A stretch of 64,000 nt of DNA. It comes from an uncultured virus (IMG/VR IMGVR_UViG_3300008113_000087) (Duplodnaviria > Heunggongvirae > Uroviricota > Caudoviricetes). The stretch lies in the IMG/VR virus record IMGVR_UViG_3300008113_000087; one strand, 5' to 3'. Positions 29,169 to 39,910 of this stretch are shown here, piece by piece (within the stretch, counting starts at the first letter, position 1; every line of letters starts with the position of its first letter). The position numbers and the translations under genes are program-made. The notes beneath the pieces are model-generated. The model saw only the letters and a list, made by a program, of their open reading frames with translations. It did not search any database and was not told the origin of the DNA.

Positions 29169-32100
29169 TATGAATAAGCAACCACTCTTAAGTTTTTAAG
29201 TTTCGGAACATACACAGGATGGTTCGATTTTAACACCAACTTCACGATAATATTTTTAAACAGAGCAATGTTTTCAATTGTTATCGTTCTTTCGCTGAAT
29301 ACATCACGTGCATCTGATGTTGATTTAGAGAACCCTGTGCTTTCGTATTGAACACTATTTAGTTCAACAGGATTAGACCATGTTTTATACAACACATTCA
29401 AGGTAGTTCCTTCAGGTAAGTTTGCGTCAAACACAATTTTGAAAGAATCTGCAGGAGAAGATAATGATAACGCTCTAGTAACATAATTTGCTGCATTGCT
29501 ACAACCTACTGCTGCATTATCTGATAGGAATTTATCTAATACACTAATTGCGAATGTCGAACCTTGTGAATTAGTTGCAATAGTTCCTGTTGCATTAAAT
29601 TGACCAGACAAAGTAACCAATACCTTATCGCCCTCAGCATCGCCAGAATCAACTGTATCAGATGAAACTACAACACTCTTAACATGGTATTTTCCTGTTG
29701 AAGTGCCGACAGGTCCAGTACCATTTAGATCGATGCTGGCATTTTCTATTTGAATAAATTTTCCAGGTGTAATAGTTGATAGTAAATTATCTGCAGCGTC
29801 ATCATCAGTTAATATTGTACATGTTGTTGATGTAGCGTTTGCGAATGTTAGTGAAGATGTTATTGTATTGTTCAATAAAATTCGCTTGTCAATATCACTT
29901 ACGTTGATATCAAATTCTTGCACATCATTAACCAAATTCTTTACAACATATGTTGTAATTTTTTGCATGTCAATTATCGGCGATACATTCTCATTGGTAG
30001 ATGATAGTTCTGCTTGTAATCTTAGTGAAGGACGAATAGCACCTGTCACCACGTTAACAAATTGGTTTTCTAAAGATTTTACAACTTTTCTTGTATCAAA
30101 AATATAGTCAGAATTAGTGACAATAGATTCAAACGAAGATGCAGTTCCTGCAGCATTTTCTGCGCTTGCTTTATATCTAAGAGTTGTCTCAGGGAATGTT
30201 AAATCTGCAGTCTTAACGTAGATTTGATCTGCGCTTAGTTGTCTACTAATCTTAATTCCTGCGCCACCATAGTTACCTTTTACCAATGTAGCTAATGTAG
30301 TTTGCACGTTTCCTGTTGCTTTTTTCGCAAGCAATAAATTCGGAGGTGTTAAATTATCTTGTGTAGTAATATTAAACACAAAGTTATTATCAGAAAGTCC
30401 ATCTGCGATTACAGTTTGTATACCATTCAATAATGTGGAAGGAATGCCTAATTCTGAATCATTCGTTCCGTAGTTACCGAGCGGTACATGACTGATGACA
30501 ACTTTATCGCCAGCAGCAAATCCATGATTTTTAGCGGAAACACGAATTTTCGCAGTACCCTTTGAAATCTCAAACGGATTTACATCTAGATTAATAGTAG
30601 TTGGTGGTACTGCTTTGAATGAAGCAGTGAGAGTAGCTGATGTATCAAACTTCGCTTGATATAATGTAAACTTCAGATCTAGTAACGGATTAATTTGGAA
30701 CTCTTGTGTATTCTGTGATAAGAATAGAGATCCCGTTAATGGTTGTGATGTTACAATGTTGTTTGTTATAATATCGCTTTGTCCTAATTCAGAAACAAAG
30801 ATTTGACATCCTGGCTCATCAGTCTTAACGACAAGAGCATATGTCTCAGCATCTTGTAAATATACGGGTGAAGCGAATTCAAATCTTGTAGCTACAGATC
30901 CATTTTCTGAAGTCTTGATTTCCTGCGGTGATTTAGTAACTTCAGTTAGTGGTACGATCTTAGATGATGGTACTCCATTATTAGTTGTTCTCAACTCAAT
31001 AGAAACTGGGCGAGCGCCTGCTTCTTGGAAATACACATCAACACCAGTAACAAAAGCGCCACCAAGTGAACTTACTGTGAATGTTTGCGCAACTGGATCA
31101 TGTCCTGTCCAATATGAATACAACACACGTGTAGATGTCGATGTTCTACGCACTGGTATTTCTTCATAAAGTCTATCTTGAACAAAACGAACATCTCTTG
31201 AATTAACAATGGTTCTTTCTTTTGCGAGTGTAGTTCCAGATGAGATATAGAAAGCAGAACCCTTCGAATCAAAGTCTGCATCGCTGTTAGAAATATTGTC
31301 GATTAGTTTAAATGTTCTTTCACCAGATTTAAATGTTGCCTCAGGAAGATTATACACCCCAACAGCAGAACCCCAAATATCAGTCTTAATAGAATCACCA
31401 ACTACTTTCATTGTTGGCAATAAGCCAACACCAGTACCATTGATTAATTCTAGGTCTACGCGATTTTTAACACCAATCTCTATATCGGTGGTTCCTTGTA
31501 AAACATCACCAGGAGCAAATCCATTTTTAATATTTACAACATGAATTTCCATATCAGAAGGATATATTATATTCGTCACAGTAGTATAAGTAGTTACTGC
31601 ACCAGCAAACGCAACAACACCAGAAGCTGTTAGACGTTTCACTTTACCACCATCACCATTGTTGTATGCTGCAATATTGTATGCACTAAATGCTGGGATA
31701 GTTGCACCACTTGGATCTGCCAATGTCAGTGTTGTTCCAGATACATTGGTTACTTTAAAGATTCTATAATTTAATTCTCTACTAGTATTAAGTGTATAAT
31801 CAACTATTGTAGAATTTCCTCTAACTTGATCAGCAAACAACGTATTTGTTGAAGCGATCACTCTAGATGGACCCAAGTTATACAGTTGAACAAAGTGTCC
31901 AGGTTTTATTTGTGTCGTTGAAGCAACAGTTAATGTGAATGAAGCTGCGCCGAGCACATTAGTTATATGCGAAATGCTAGCAATGTTTGTTGGTGTATGT
32001 GTTTCGTTTTCTACTACGTCGCCAACGCTAAATGCTGGTTGAACAATACCATTCTCTGTTCTAGCAATACTATCAGTTAAAATATTTTCCGTCAATTCTG

Positions 32101-35100
32101 CTGGATCAAAAATCATTTTATTAGCGCCAGCTGCTAAATTGACTTTAAATATGTCCGCTGGTTTAATAAATTGACTAATAGATCTACCATCAAAGAACGC
32201 ATAGAATTTAGTTTGTGCCTTCAGATTTTTTGCTGTGTAAACAATAGGTCTTGCACGCATATATGGTGCGTAAGAAATATCAACTACACGATCACCATAG
32301 TCAACTGCATTGGTTGTGCCAGTTAATGATGTTTGGATTCCTTCTCTTGAAGAGGTTCCAGTTTGTGTAGTAATTGTTTGCTCGAACCCAGTAACAGTTT
32401 GGCGTCGTTGGTTAGGATCGCCAGTTTGCCATGTTGAAGTTGCAGTAGAGATACCTGTCCAGTTAGTTTGCCACTCACCCCACTGTGTTCCAGTAACACC
32501 AAGCTGCTCAGCCATAAAGCGAATAGCATCATATCCATTATCGTCAACAACAGTTAAATCGGGTCTACGTTCAGTGTCTTTCCAAACATCGCTTTCTGGA
32601 TTTAAAATTATCTCGCCTTTGAATGCGCCAATTTTATATGGGTTAACATCAATTGTTCTTGTTGCATTTGGGTTGAAGATGAATGGTTCTTTAGTGTATG
32701 GTAAAGAAATAATGTCGCCAGTTTTTGCGTATCCTGAGTTGGCACGTTGTGCTGCAGATTCTAGATCTTCAACAATTGTTACCGCATTTGTTTCATGCAT
32801 AGGACGAAGTTCTCTATTGATAGTATCAATAGAAACTCTATAATCTTCATTTTTAACATCGCCTATTCCATGACCAGTAAATTGATCAACGATAAATCCG
32901 TTCTTAAAACGATCGATACCAGTGATTGCATCTTTAATTTGTAATTGAGCTGTTTCAGTTTCAAGAAGATTTAATGAGACATAATATTCAAGATTTGAAA
33001 TTCTTCTTTCTAGATCGCCGATATCGCGCATTGTGTAGCGACGATTGTCACGTTGATAGAATTTAATGTCGCCAACTGATTTCGTATAAGCTGGAATCAT
33101 AATAGCAGCAAGAACCATACCGTCTTTAGGATCTAGAGGTTCTTGTGGGGTCGCAGAAGGGACACCTGTTATAATATTAAAACGACCGACTGAATCTAAA
33201 ACAATCTTATCAAAACGTGGTAAGTAGTAAGCGATGTCAGTTGTCATCTCATTACCAATAACTGGTATTTCATTGAAACTTGTGTTGTTGCCACCGATAC
33301 ATGGGCGATAGTCAATAACATCGTGTAGATAAATGGTGTCTACTTTTCCATCTGCATTTTTTACTGCATAAGATGGAATGTCTTCATAGTTAAATGTAGG
33401 ATTATTGTTAATAGAGTTAGTATAAGAATCTACAGAGAAATAATCACCAGTACCACCATGATTAAAATATTTGTATACTACTCTTAATGCACCAGATGGT
33501 ACAGCTTCTCCAGGTCTTAGAACAAGCGATCCATTTGTGTAGTGCGTATCACGTTGGCCATCATCAAGCGTAAAGCGATTAGTAACATCAATACCTGTAG
33601 TAAAAGTGTTACCTGTAAAGTCGCCAGCGTTCATAATAATACTATCAACCTTTAACAAATCATTTTTTGCTAGTGGGATAATTTTATTAATAACTGTTTT
33701 TTGGCCAGTAATATATTCTGTGTTTGTTGCTAAGATTTTTTCTTTTGCGCTACCCTCTGTATTAGCCTGTGTGACTGTCGCGATTAAACGATATATCACA
33801 CCATTCGTTAAGCCAGAAATTTCCACCTTAGTGTTATTTACTGTAATTGTTACATCGGCAGGTGTTATTGCAACGACAGCATTAGTCGATGTGTTATACA
33901 ACAGATAGTTAGAAATATCTAAATCAGAAGGGAATGTTTCTAAGTTAGTGTTGAGTGTATATTCAATCTTATTGTCTGCTGCTGTTTTCGTAGTGAAAAT
34001 TCTTCTTACTTTTGTTGTTGTTTCGTTTAGCGAATATGCCGAACCATCAAATCCTAGTAATGTTTTAATAGATTCGTAACCAATTTTAAATATGAGTGCC
34101 TGAGAATCAGGTTCAAATATTTTTGCTCTAAACACAGAAACGATACCAGCAGTTTTAGCCACAGCACTATTTGCAGATAATGTTAATGCTGCGTTGTTAG
34201 TTGGGGTTGATGCCAGTGTTCCTGCTTGCACACCATCAATAAAGATAACATCATCTGCCACGAGTTCAGAAGTAAACTTAGTACCAGTTCCCGTAACTGC
34301 TGCGCTATTAGTAGCTGATGTCGCTGAACCTGTCAGTTGTTTATTGTTAGGAACAATATTACATGTAAAATTTGTTGCGCCAGATAAACCACTTACAATT
34401 GATTTTACGTGATTTTCAAAAGAATAGCCAGCATCAATTTTAATATCAAATAAACTTAATTTGAATATTGGAGTAGCGTAGTCTCCGTTGTGTAGCTGGA
34501 AAGATCTTACTTTAGCAGTACCGATTACATCAGCTGCTGATGGTGCTGCGCCACCAGATGCGTTAAGTTTTTTTACAAGATATACTGTAGAGAATGTTGA
34601 GAAGTCTGGGTAGTTGTATATACTATTTACAAGTACATAATTTCCAACAGGTGTTGCGACAGGCTGATTATTTAAAGAGAGAATATGCCCTGTTGCTGCA
34701 TCACGTGCTTTATTTAACGTGAGATATTGTCCCGACACAGATTCGATTTCGTAGCCCTGAACATATGCCTTTCCAGGATCAATCTCAACAACAAATTTAT
34801 CTTCATTACCACCACCAGCAGCTGTATAAATTCCCAGTGGGTGATTCACATCTTGTAAATGCTCAAAGGCAGAAAGTTTAAATTTATTTACTTCATAACT
34901 ACCTGATTCATCAAATGTTCTTCTGGCAAATGTTTTTTCTAGTTCGGCATAAGATGACTTAGATAAAATTTGCTGAACACGACCAGCTTTAACGCGAACA
35001 AGTTCAATAAATCTATCTTCATCAGTTGTTAATAGTTGTTTTTTCGCTAAAGAGAGTTGTATCTTATAGCGATGTGCACCAGGAGCTGCGAAGTTGTTTG

Positions 35101-35887
35101 TTCCTTGCGCATTATCGTTTAATGCATTATCGTCTTCTGGTGTAACAATTACTTCACTTACGCTGAACCCAACACGAGCAGTTGTGTCTGTACTAAATCT
35201 TCCGATGTAAAGATGGAGTTCTTCGTTTCTAACGAAAAATCCATCAATATAATAGATACCAGCTTCAACCTCAACAACATATCCATAACCCAATACATCT
35301 TTGATTGGATCATTTGTGTATGTAGTTCCAACTAAACCAGTATCACCGAATCCTCTTATGTTTACAACAAGGTCGCCTGTTTGGTTTGTTGTCAAACGAT
35401 AGTTTGTTGTAGTTTGATTGTCTACTTCATACGCAATTAATTGCTCGCCAGGAATAAATCTCTTTGTTGTATCATCATCGCCTGTACCATCAATTTTATA
35501 ATACAATGTAGCGATTTCTTTTTCATCTGCTAAAACACACGCACACTCTGAGGTATCAACTACTACAGCTTTAAGTCCAGAGGTTGTGCCAGTTATAACT
35601 TTGTCAACAAACTGTGTCAGGTATGATTTAACAGCAATACCTTGATACAAATCTTCTAGTTTAGCAAAGTGTACTTGGTTGTCTACGTTTACACCACCAG
35701 GAATGACCATTGATCCATTTTTAAATATATGGTCACCCAAACGACTTACTTGTTTTTGTAAAATTGTTTGGGCTTGCGTTAATTCTCTTGCCTGAACCGC
35801 ATATCCTGGACGAAACAACACACGAAGAAATAAATCTTCGTCTGCGTAGTCGTCGTAATATGGGTTTACGTTAAAGTTAATTGTCAT
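29168..35887 (-). CDS. Very large virion structural protein (DUF4815/VrlC-like)
   Basis: NFNVNPYYDDY, VLFRPGYAVQARELTQ, APGAHR.KI.L, RRYTMRDIG.LE.RI..LEYY, DP.AQTF; follows gp8. Confidence 0.8.
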   Translation of the reverse strand: MTINFNVNPYYDDYADEDLFLRVLFRPGYAVQARELTQAQTILQKQVSRLGDHIFKNGSMVIPGGVNVDNQVHFAKLEDLYQGIAVKSYLTQFVDKVITGTTSGLKAVVVDTSECACVLADEKEIATLYYKIDGTGDDDTTKRFIPGEQLIAYEVDNQTTTNYRLTTNQTGDLVVNIRGFGDTGLVGTTYTNDPIKDVLGYGYVVEVEAGIYYIDGFFVRNEELHLYIGRFSTDTTARVGFSVSEVIVTPEDDNALNDNAQGTNNFAAPGAHRYKIQLSLAKKQLLTTDEDRFIELVRVKAGRVQQILSKSSYAELEKTFARRTFDESGSYEVNKFKLSAFEHLQDVNHPLGIYTAAGGGNEDKFVVEIDPGKAYVQGYEIESVSGQYLTLNKARDAATGHILSLNNQPVATPVGNYVLVNSIYNYPDFSTFSTVYLVKKLNASGGAAPSAADVIGTAKVRSFQLHNGDYATPIFKLSLFDIKIDAGYSFENHVKSIVSGLSGATNFTCNIVPNNKQLTGSATSATNSAAVTGTGTKFTSELVADDVIFIDGVQAGTLASTPTNNAALTLSANSAVAKTAGIVSVFRAKIFEPDSQALIFKIGYESIKTLLGFDGSAYSLNETTTKVRRIFTTKTAADNKIEYTLNTNLETFPSDLDISNYLLYNTSTNAVVAITPADVTITVNNTKVEISGLTNGVIYRLIATVTQANTEGSAKEKILATNTEYITGQKTVINKIIPLAKNDLLKVDSIIMNAGDFTGNTFTTGIDVTNRFTLDDGQRDTHYTNGSLVLRPGEAVPSGALRVVYKYFNHGGTGDYFSVDSYTNSINNNPTFNYEDIPSYAVKNADGKVDTIYLHDVIDYRPCIGGNNTSFNEIPVIGNEMTTDIAYYLPRFDKIVLDSVGRFNIITGVPSATPQEPLDPKDGMVLAAIMIPAYTKSVGDIKFYQRDNRRYTMRDIGDLERRISNLEYYVSLNLLETETAQLQIKDAITGIDRFKNGFIVDQFTGHGIGDVKNEDYRVSIDTINRELRPMHETNAVTIVEDLESAAQRANSGYAKTGDIISLPYTKEPFIFNPNATRTIDVNPYKIGAFKGEIILNPESDVWKDTERRPDLTVVDDNGYDAIRFMAEQLGVTGTQWGEWQTNWTGISTATSTWQTGDPNQRRQTVTGFEQTITTQTGTSSREGIQTSLTGTTNAVDYGDRVVDISYAPYMRARPIVYTAKNLKAQTKFYAFFDGRSISQFIKPADIFKVNLAAGANKMIFDPAELTENILTDSIARTENGIVQPAFSVGDVVENETHTPTNIASISHITNVLGAASFTLTVASTTQIKPGHFVQLYNLGPSRVIASTNTLFADQVRGNSTIVDYTLNTSRELNYRIFKVTNVSGTTLTLADPSGATIPAFSAYNIAAYNNGDGGKVKRLTASGVVAFAGAVTTYTTVTNIIYPSDMEIHVVNIKNGFAPGDVLQGTTDIEIGVKNRVDLELINGTGVGLLPTMKVVGDSIKTDIWGSAVGVYNLPEATFKSGERTFKLIDNISNSDADFDSKGSAFYISSGTTLAKERTIVNSRDVRFVQDRLYEEIPVRRTSTSTRVLYSYWTGHDPVAQTFTVSSLGGAFVTGVDVYFQEAGARPVSIELRTTNNGVPSSKIVPLTEVTKSPQEIKTSENGSVATRFEFASPVYLQDAETYALVVKTDEPGCQIFVSELGQSDIITNNIVTSQPLTGSLFLSQNTQEFQINPLLDLKFTLYQAKFDTSATLTASFKAVPPTTINLDVNPFEISKGTAKIRVSAKNHGFAAGDKVVISHVPLGNYGTNDSELGIPSTLLNGIQTVIADGLSDNNFVFNITTQDNLTPPNLLLAKKATGNVQTTLATLVKGNYGGAGIKISRQLSADQIYVKTADLTFPETTLRYKASAENAAGTASSFESIVTNSDYIFDTRKVVKSLENQFVNVVTGAIRPSLRLQAELSSTNENVSPIIDMQKITTYVVKNLVNDVQEFDINVSDIDKRILLNNTITSSLTFANATSTTCTILTDDDAADNLLSTITPGKFIQIENASIDLNGTGPVGTSTGKYHVKSVVVSSDTVDSGDAEGDKVLVTLSGQFNATGTIATNSQGSTFAISVLDKFLSDNAAVGCSNAANYVTRALSLSSPADSFKIVFDANLPEGTTLNVLYKTWSNPVELNSVQYESTGFSKSTSDARDVFSERTITIENIALFKNIIVKLVLKSNHPVYVPKLKNLRVVAYS

Positions 35888-35916
35888 TCGGTTTACCTAA
35901 CAGTGTTATTAGCATA

Positions 35917-35924
35917 TATTTATT
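35917..35924 (-). promoter_or_regulatory. Late promoter variant AATAAATA
   Basis: Intergenic, upstream of 2239-aa gene. Confidence 0.5.
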
Positions 35925-35925
35925 A

Positions 35926-37338
35926 TTACATTTCAACAATGATTTTAATATCTTCAATCTGGTCAAGGGCACGATTAATTGGACGTCTATTTTCTACGTA
36001 CATTACATCACCACTATCTGGTTGAACTTCTGGTAATGCGATTGCGCCAATAGTAGCAGTCGCTGAACTTGTTGCGCCAGTAATACCTTCACCATTAGTG
36101 AACAATAATCCTGTAAGATTCTCAGCTCTTGTTTGCACGTAGCTGATATAATTTGTACCAGATTCGCTCCATACGCGAACAATACGACCTTTAGCTGTTG
36201 AAGATCCACCTGTAATTACTTCATCTGGCACGAATGTTCCTGAAACACCAGTTACAGTAAGAACACGCATAGAACGTAACGTAGTAGATGAGGCAACTAC
36301 TGATGTATTAAAGTTGAATGGATCACGAACCAACATAATACGACGATAATCATTGTCGACTGGGAAGTCACCAGCGCCATCATCATATTCTAAACGAACA
36401 TTCATCATAACATAAAAACCACCAAGTTCTTCAACTGGGTCTTTACCATGTCCACCCTTCGGCGAAATAATAAGAGAGGCTGTTGCTGGTGTGCCAGCTG
36501 TTCCACCTGTTAGTGTAACAGTACCATATGTATAACCAGTACCTCTATTTGTTAATGTAATTTTTGTAACTTTACCTGTTCCTACGTCGATAGTAGCGGT
36601 GGCAGTAGCGCCTGTTCCGTCACCAGCAATCGCTACAGTTGGAACAGTTGCATAACTGGTTCCTTGGTTTGTTACTAGAACGTGATCAAGTGCGCCATCG
36701 ATAGCAGCATTTTGTGATAGCCATTGTGTATAGTATGCGTCAGTAGTTCCAGGATTGCTTGCTAATGTTTTTACAGGAATAAAGTCTGTAGAAACGAATT
36801 TTAGCACATCTGCTGGAGAAACTGTAAACATATATTTCCAAATATATCCATCAGCCAATGGACCGATTAGTGCATTTGGGGTAGTTCCTGTTGGCTTGCT
36901 TGTTGATTGAACAACAGTACCTGCTGAGTTTCTATTGCTAATACATTTATAGACATGATACTCGTCTGTAATAACAAAGAAGTTTGCATCTGCCAATGTT
37001 GCTGGAGTTGTTACACCACCATCGTTAATGTTTACACCAGTAGTTGTTCCATTATAGTCATGGCGATAAATGTCATAATACTTTCCTGTTGTCCAATTAC
37101 GACGAACGATTGATAAAGCTACGTCAGATGTCTGAACACGCTTCAATGCAATCATATCATCCCAATAATACAACTCATCAGAAACCGTATCTTTCGGTGT
37201 GTCTGGTGCGTTATCGTTTGACCAAGATTGTGGTCTACCTATTCCAAGATAGATATTGGTTGCTGCAGCTTCATCGAAACCTTCTTTGAATGCCTGTGCG
37301 TTGTGAATACGAAATTTTGTTGTTATAATAGCAGCCAT
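35926..37338 (-). CDS. gp8: Baseplate wedge subunit
   Basis: MAAIIT.KFRI.NA, VYKCI.N, DGYIWKYM, GGHG.DP..ELGG, QIEDIKIIVEM. Confidence 0.9.
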   Translation of the reverse strand: MAAIITTKFRIHNAQAFKEGFDEAAATNIYLGIGRPQSWSNDNAPDTPKDTVSDELYYWDDMIALKRVQTSDVALSIVRRNWTTGKYYDIYRHDYNGTTTGVNINDGGVTTPATLADANFFVITDEYHVYKCISNRNSAGTVVQSTSKPTGTTPNALIGPLADGYIWKYMFTVSPADVLKFVSTDFIPVKTLASNPGTTDAYYTQWLSQNAAIDGALDHVLVTNQGTSYATVPTVAIAGDGTGATATATIDVGTGKVTKITLTNRGTGYTYGTVTLTGGTAGTPATASLIISPKGGHGKDPVEELGGFYVMMNVRLEYDDGAGDFPVDNDYRRIMLVRDPFNFNTSVVASSTTLRSMRVLTVTGVSGTFVPDEVITGGSSTAKGRIVRVWSESGTNYISYVQTRAENLTGLLFTNGEGITGATSSATATIGAIALPEVQPDSGDVMYVENRRPINRALDQIEDIKIIVEM

Positions 37339-37356
37339 GTTTGCTGTCTCCTAAAT

Positions 37357-39909
37357 TTATGTTAGATTGTCGAATTTGATTTTATTGTTGTCCATTGAAT
37401 ATGCAGTATTGTCAAGTTCAATTGAATCAGCATCAAATCGGTATGCCAAGTTGTTGTCGAATGAATGTCCACCAGTTATCTTATCGAATGTAATAGCACC
37501 CCTTGGTAAAGCGACTACATCGATGAATGATTCGAACGCAAGATTTACTCTTCTATTAGGGTTATTTATAACGTCGGAGATCGTTATATCTCCGAAATCT
37601 TTAATTTGTGTGCTACCAATAGTCCAGTAATTGTTGTTTAATCCAGGATATGGTTGAACCCAATCACCCTTATAAACCTGAATGCTCCCTTTGCTGCCAG
37701 CCACATATGGAGCAAATGTAAATTTCCATTTTTCTAACCAGTTTAGTCTGTTACCCAATTTAATTGTCGCATCAGTTCTATCTGGATTTACTTCTAATTC
37801 CTTTTCATAATAGCTGGGCTTGGTTTGAACTTTTGTAAGTTTTAATTGTTGTAGAATAATAGTTTCTACATCTTGTTTTGTCAATGCTCTTAGATCTAAT
37901 AGGTTTACCTCTGCAGGTGTTAGATTTGGGAAATTGATAGTTGGTAAGAACTCAGAAGTAGAAACAGATAATGAAAGAATAGAAGCTACAAAATCTTCTA
38001 AGAATAACGTAACTTGTTCTTTGTTTATATTAAATTGCTCACCATTTGTTCGGTAGTTACCTACTGCTTTCATCTTAGCATTAATGAGTGCTCCCAGCAC
38101 ATAACCAAGAAGCTGTATTCGTGCGCCAGCAAAAAGTTCCGATTTAGCAGGAGCAACAGATTGAATCGCTACTTCACCGAATAACGCCAATCCTATTGGG
38201 TGCAATAATTTTCTAACGATGCTTCGATACTTGTCAATCGATTGACCAACTTTAATAACATAAGAAAAGTCTTGATAGAAGTAACTATCCTGAACACGTT
38301 TAGATGCTTCAGATATTTTTCCATCAGCATTTAAAAACGTGCCTTGCGTAATACCAACAGTACTAATGTTACCCTTTATCTCAGCTTGAGCGATTGCACT
38401 AAGTTTACCTTGTGAGCCTGAAGGGTTTATGCCATTTGTTCCATAACCTTTAACAGTCATGTTCTTCAAAAATTTAGCAGATCCCTCAGTAACAAATTGG
38501 TCACCACTTTCAGTAGTTAGTACACCTGAGCCATCTTCAAGAATATAACCAAATCTATCCGACACAGGAAATAATTTGTAAAGGTTTCTTACCGTATCGG
38601 CTGCGACCAAAACACCTTCTGGTGCTTGCTGCGATTCAAGTAAAAATCTATCGCCTGATTCTAATAGCAGTTCATCGAGATCTTCTTTAGAAAAGGTTTG
38701 TGGTTCGCCACGTATAATTTCGCCAATAGAAAATTCGCTTACGTCTGTCAATAAAACTGATAGTGGTGGTACGCAAATTGGTGGACTTTCATAATCTAGT
38801 CCAAAAGTTGAAACTTGTAATTTGGTAATTTTACCAATATTATTGGAAGACGCTAACAGCACAGCACCACCAGTAGTGAGAGGTGGAACAACTGGTGGTA
38901 GAACTGGTCCCGAGACTATTGGTAGTTTTGTATAAAAATTTCCACCAGATAACAATTTGATGGCTTTAATTCCACCAGTTCCTGATACCTCTGAAATAAC
39001 AGCTCTCGCTGAAACAAGAGGGTTAGAAGATGCGCCACCCGTATTGGTGTTATTGAAAATTAGTTCTTGACCGACTGAGTAATCTTTACCAGGATCGTCA
39101 ATAATAATTTCTGTAACAGATCCATTATTAAATACTTCTGCCACTTCAACTGTTGCACCAGTACCAACACCAGCAATAACTGAAACAGGATCGCCGACTG
39201 AAGCATAAGTGCCACCATCAATTATTTGGAAACTTGTAACACCTGTTTTTACAGTTGATATGATTACCGATGGACCAGAATTTGAGTTACTACCACCTTC
39301 AACATCAATTCCTGGACTAAATGTGCCAATAATGGAATCTGCGTTAAGTGTTAAATTGTATATTAATCCACTTGTTGTTTGTTCAGCTACAACATTCTCA
39401 ACTCTTGCCGATGATATAACATTACCATTATTATCATACTGAACAATAGTTTGTGACAAATAATTTAATGGATCGCCTGTTAATGTGGTTTTTGGGGCAA
39501 CACGTAAAATTGATTTCTGACTGTATTTACCGTCAGAGACACGCAGTAAATCTACTTTAGGAAAATATAATGTAGGTGTTTCGTTGAATACTGCTCTGAA
39601 TAAAAATTCATAAGATTTCGCAGTACCTTTAGAACGATATACGTCTTGAATAACTTTAGCCAGATAACGCTTATCAGTTATTGCGAAATCGGGTAATTGG
39701 TTCAGTAACTCGTTTTTAAAATTAGCAACAAACTCATCAAGAGTTGCATCAACATCTCGAATGTTTTCTAACTCTCTAGTCTTATACTCTTGCTCTAACC
39801 ACTCATAATACGCTTCTAAGAAACTGATGAATGTCTCATGGTCTTCTCTTACAAACTGGGGAGTTTGTTTTGAAACTGCAGTTGAAACTTTAGTTTTTAC
39901 AAGAGACAT
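37357..39909 (-). CDS. gp7: Baseplate wedge initiator (gp7-like)
   Basis: PQFVRED...F..FLEAYYEW, YRSKGT..S..FLFR, QDSYFYQDFSYVIK, HPIG; between gp6 and gp8. Confidence 0.8.
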   Translation of the reverse strand: MSLVKTKVSTAVSKQTPQFVREDHETFISFLEAYYEWLEQEYKTRELENIRDVDATLDEFVANFKNELLNQLPDFAITDKRYLAKVIQDVYRSKGTAKSYEFLFRAVFNETPTLYFPKVDLLRVSDGKYSQKSILRVAPKTTLTGDPLNYLSQTIVQYDNNGNVISSARVENVVAEQTTSGLIYNLTLNADSIIGTFSPGIDVEGGSNSNSGPSVIISTVKTGVTSFQIIDGGTYASVGDPVSVIAGVGTGATVEVAEVFNNGSVTEIIIDDPGKDYSVGQELIFNNTNTGGASSNPLVSARAVISEVSGTGGIKAIKLLSGGNFYTKLPIVSGPVLPPVVPPLTTGGAVLLASSNNIGKITKLQVSTFGLDYESPPICVPPLSVLLTDVSEFSIGEIIRGEPQTFSKEDLDELLLESGDRFLLESQQAPEGVLVAADTVRNLYKLFPVSDRFGYILEDGSGVLTTESGDQFVTEGSAKFLKNMTVKGYGTNGINPSGSQGKLSAIAQAEIKGNISTVGITQGTFLNADGKISEASKRVQDSYFYQDFSYVIKVGQSIDKYRSIVRKLLHPIGLALFGEVAIQSVAPAKSELFAGARIQLLGYVLGALINAKMKAVGNYRTNGEQFNINKEQVTLFLEDFVASILSLSVSTSEFLPTINFPNLTPAEVNLLDLRALTKQDVETIILQQLKLTKVQTKPSYYEKELEVNPDRTDATIKLGNRLNWLEKWKFTFAPYVAGSKGSIQVYKGDWVQPYPGLNNNYWTIGSTQIKDFGDITISDVINNPNRRVNLAFESFIDVVALPRGAITFDKITGGHSFDNNLAYRFDADSIELDNTAYSMDNNKIKFDNLT

Positions 39910-39910
39910 T

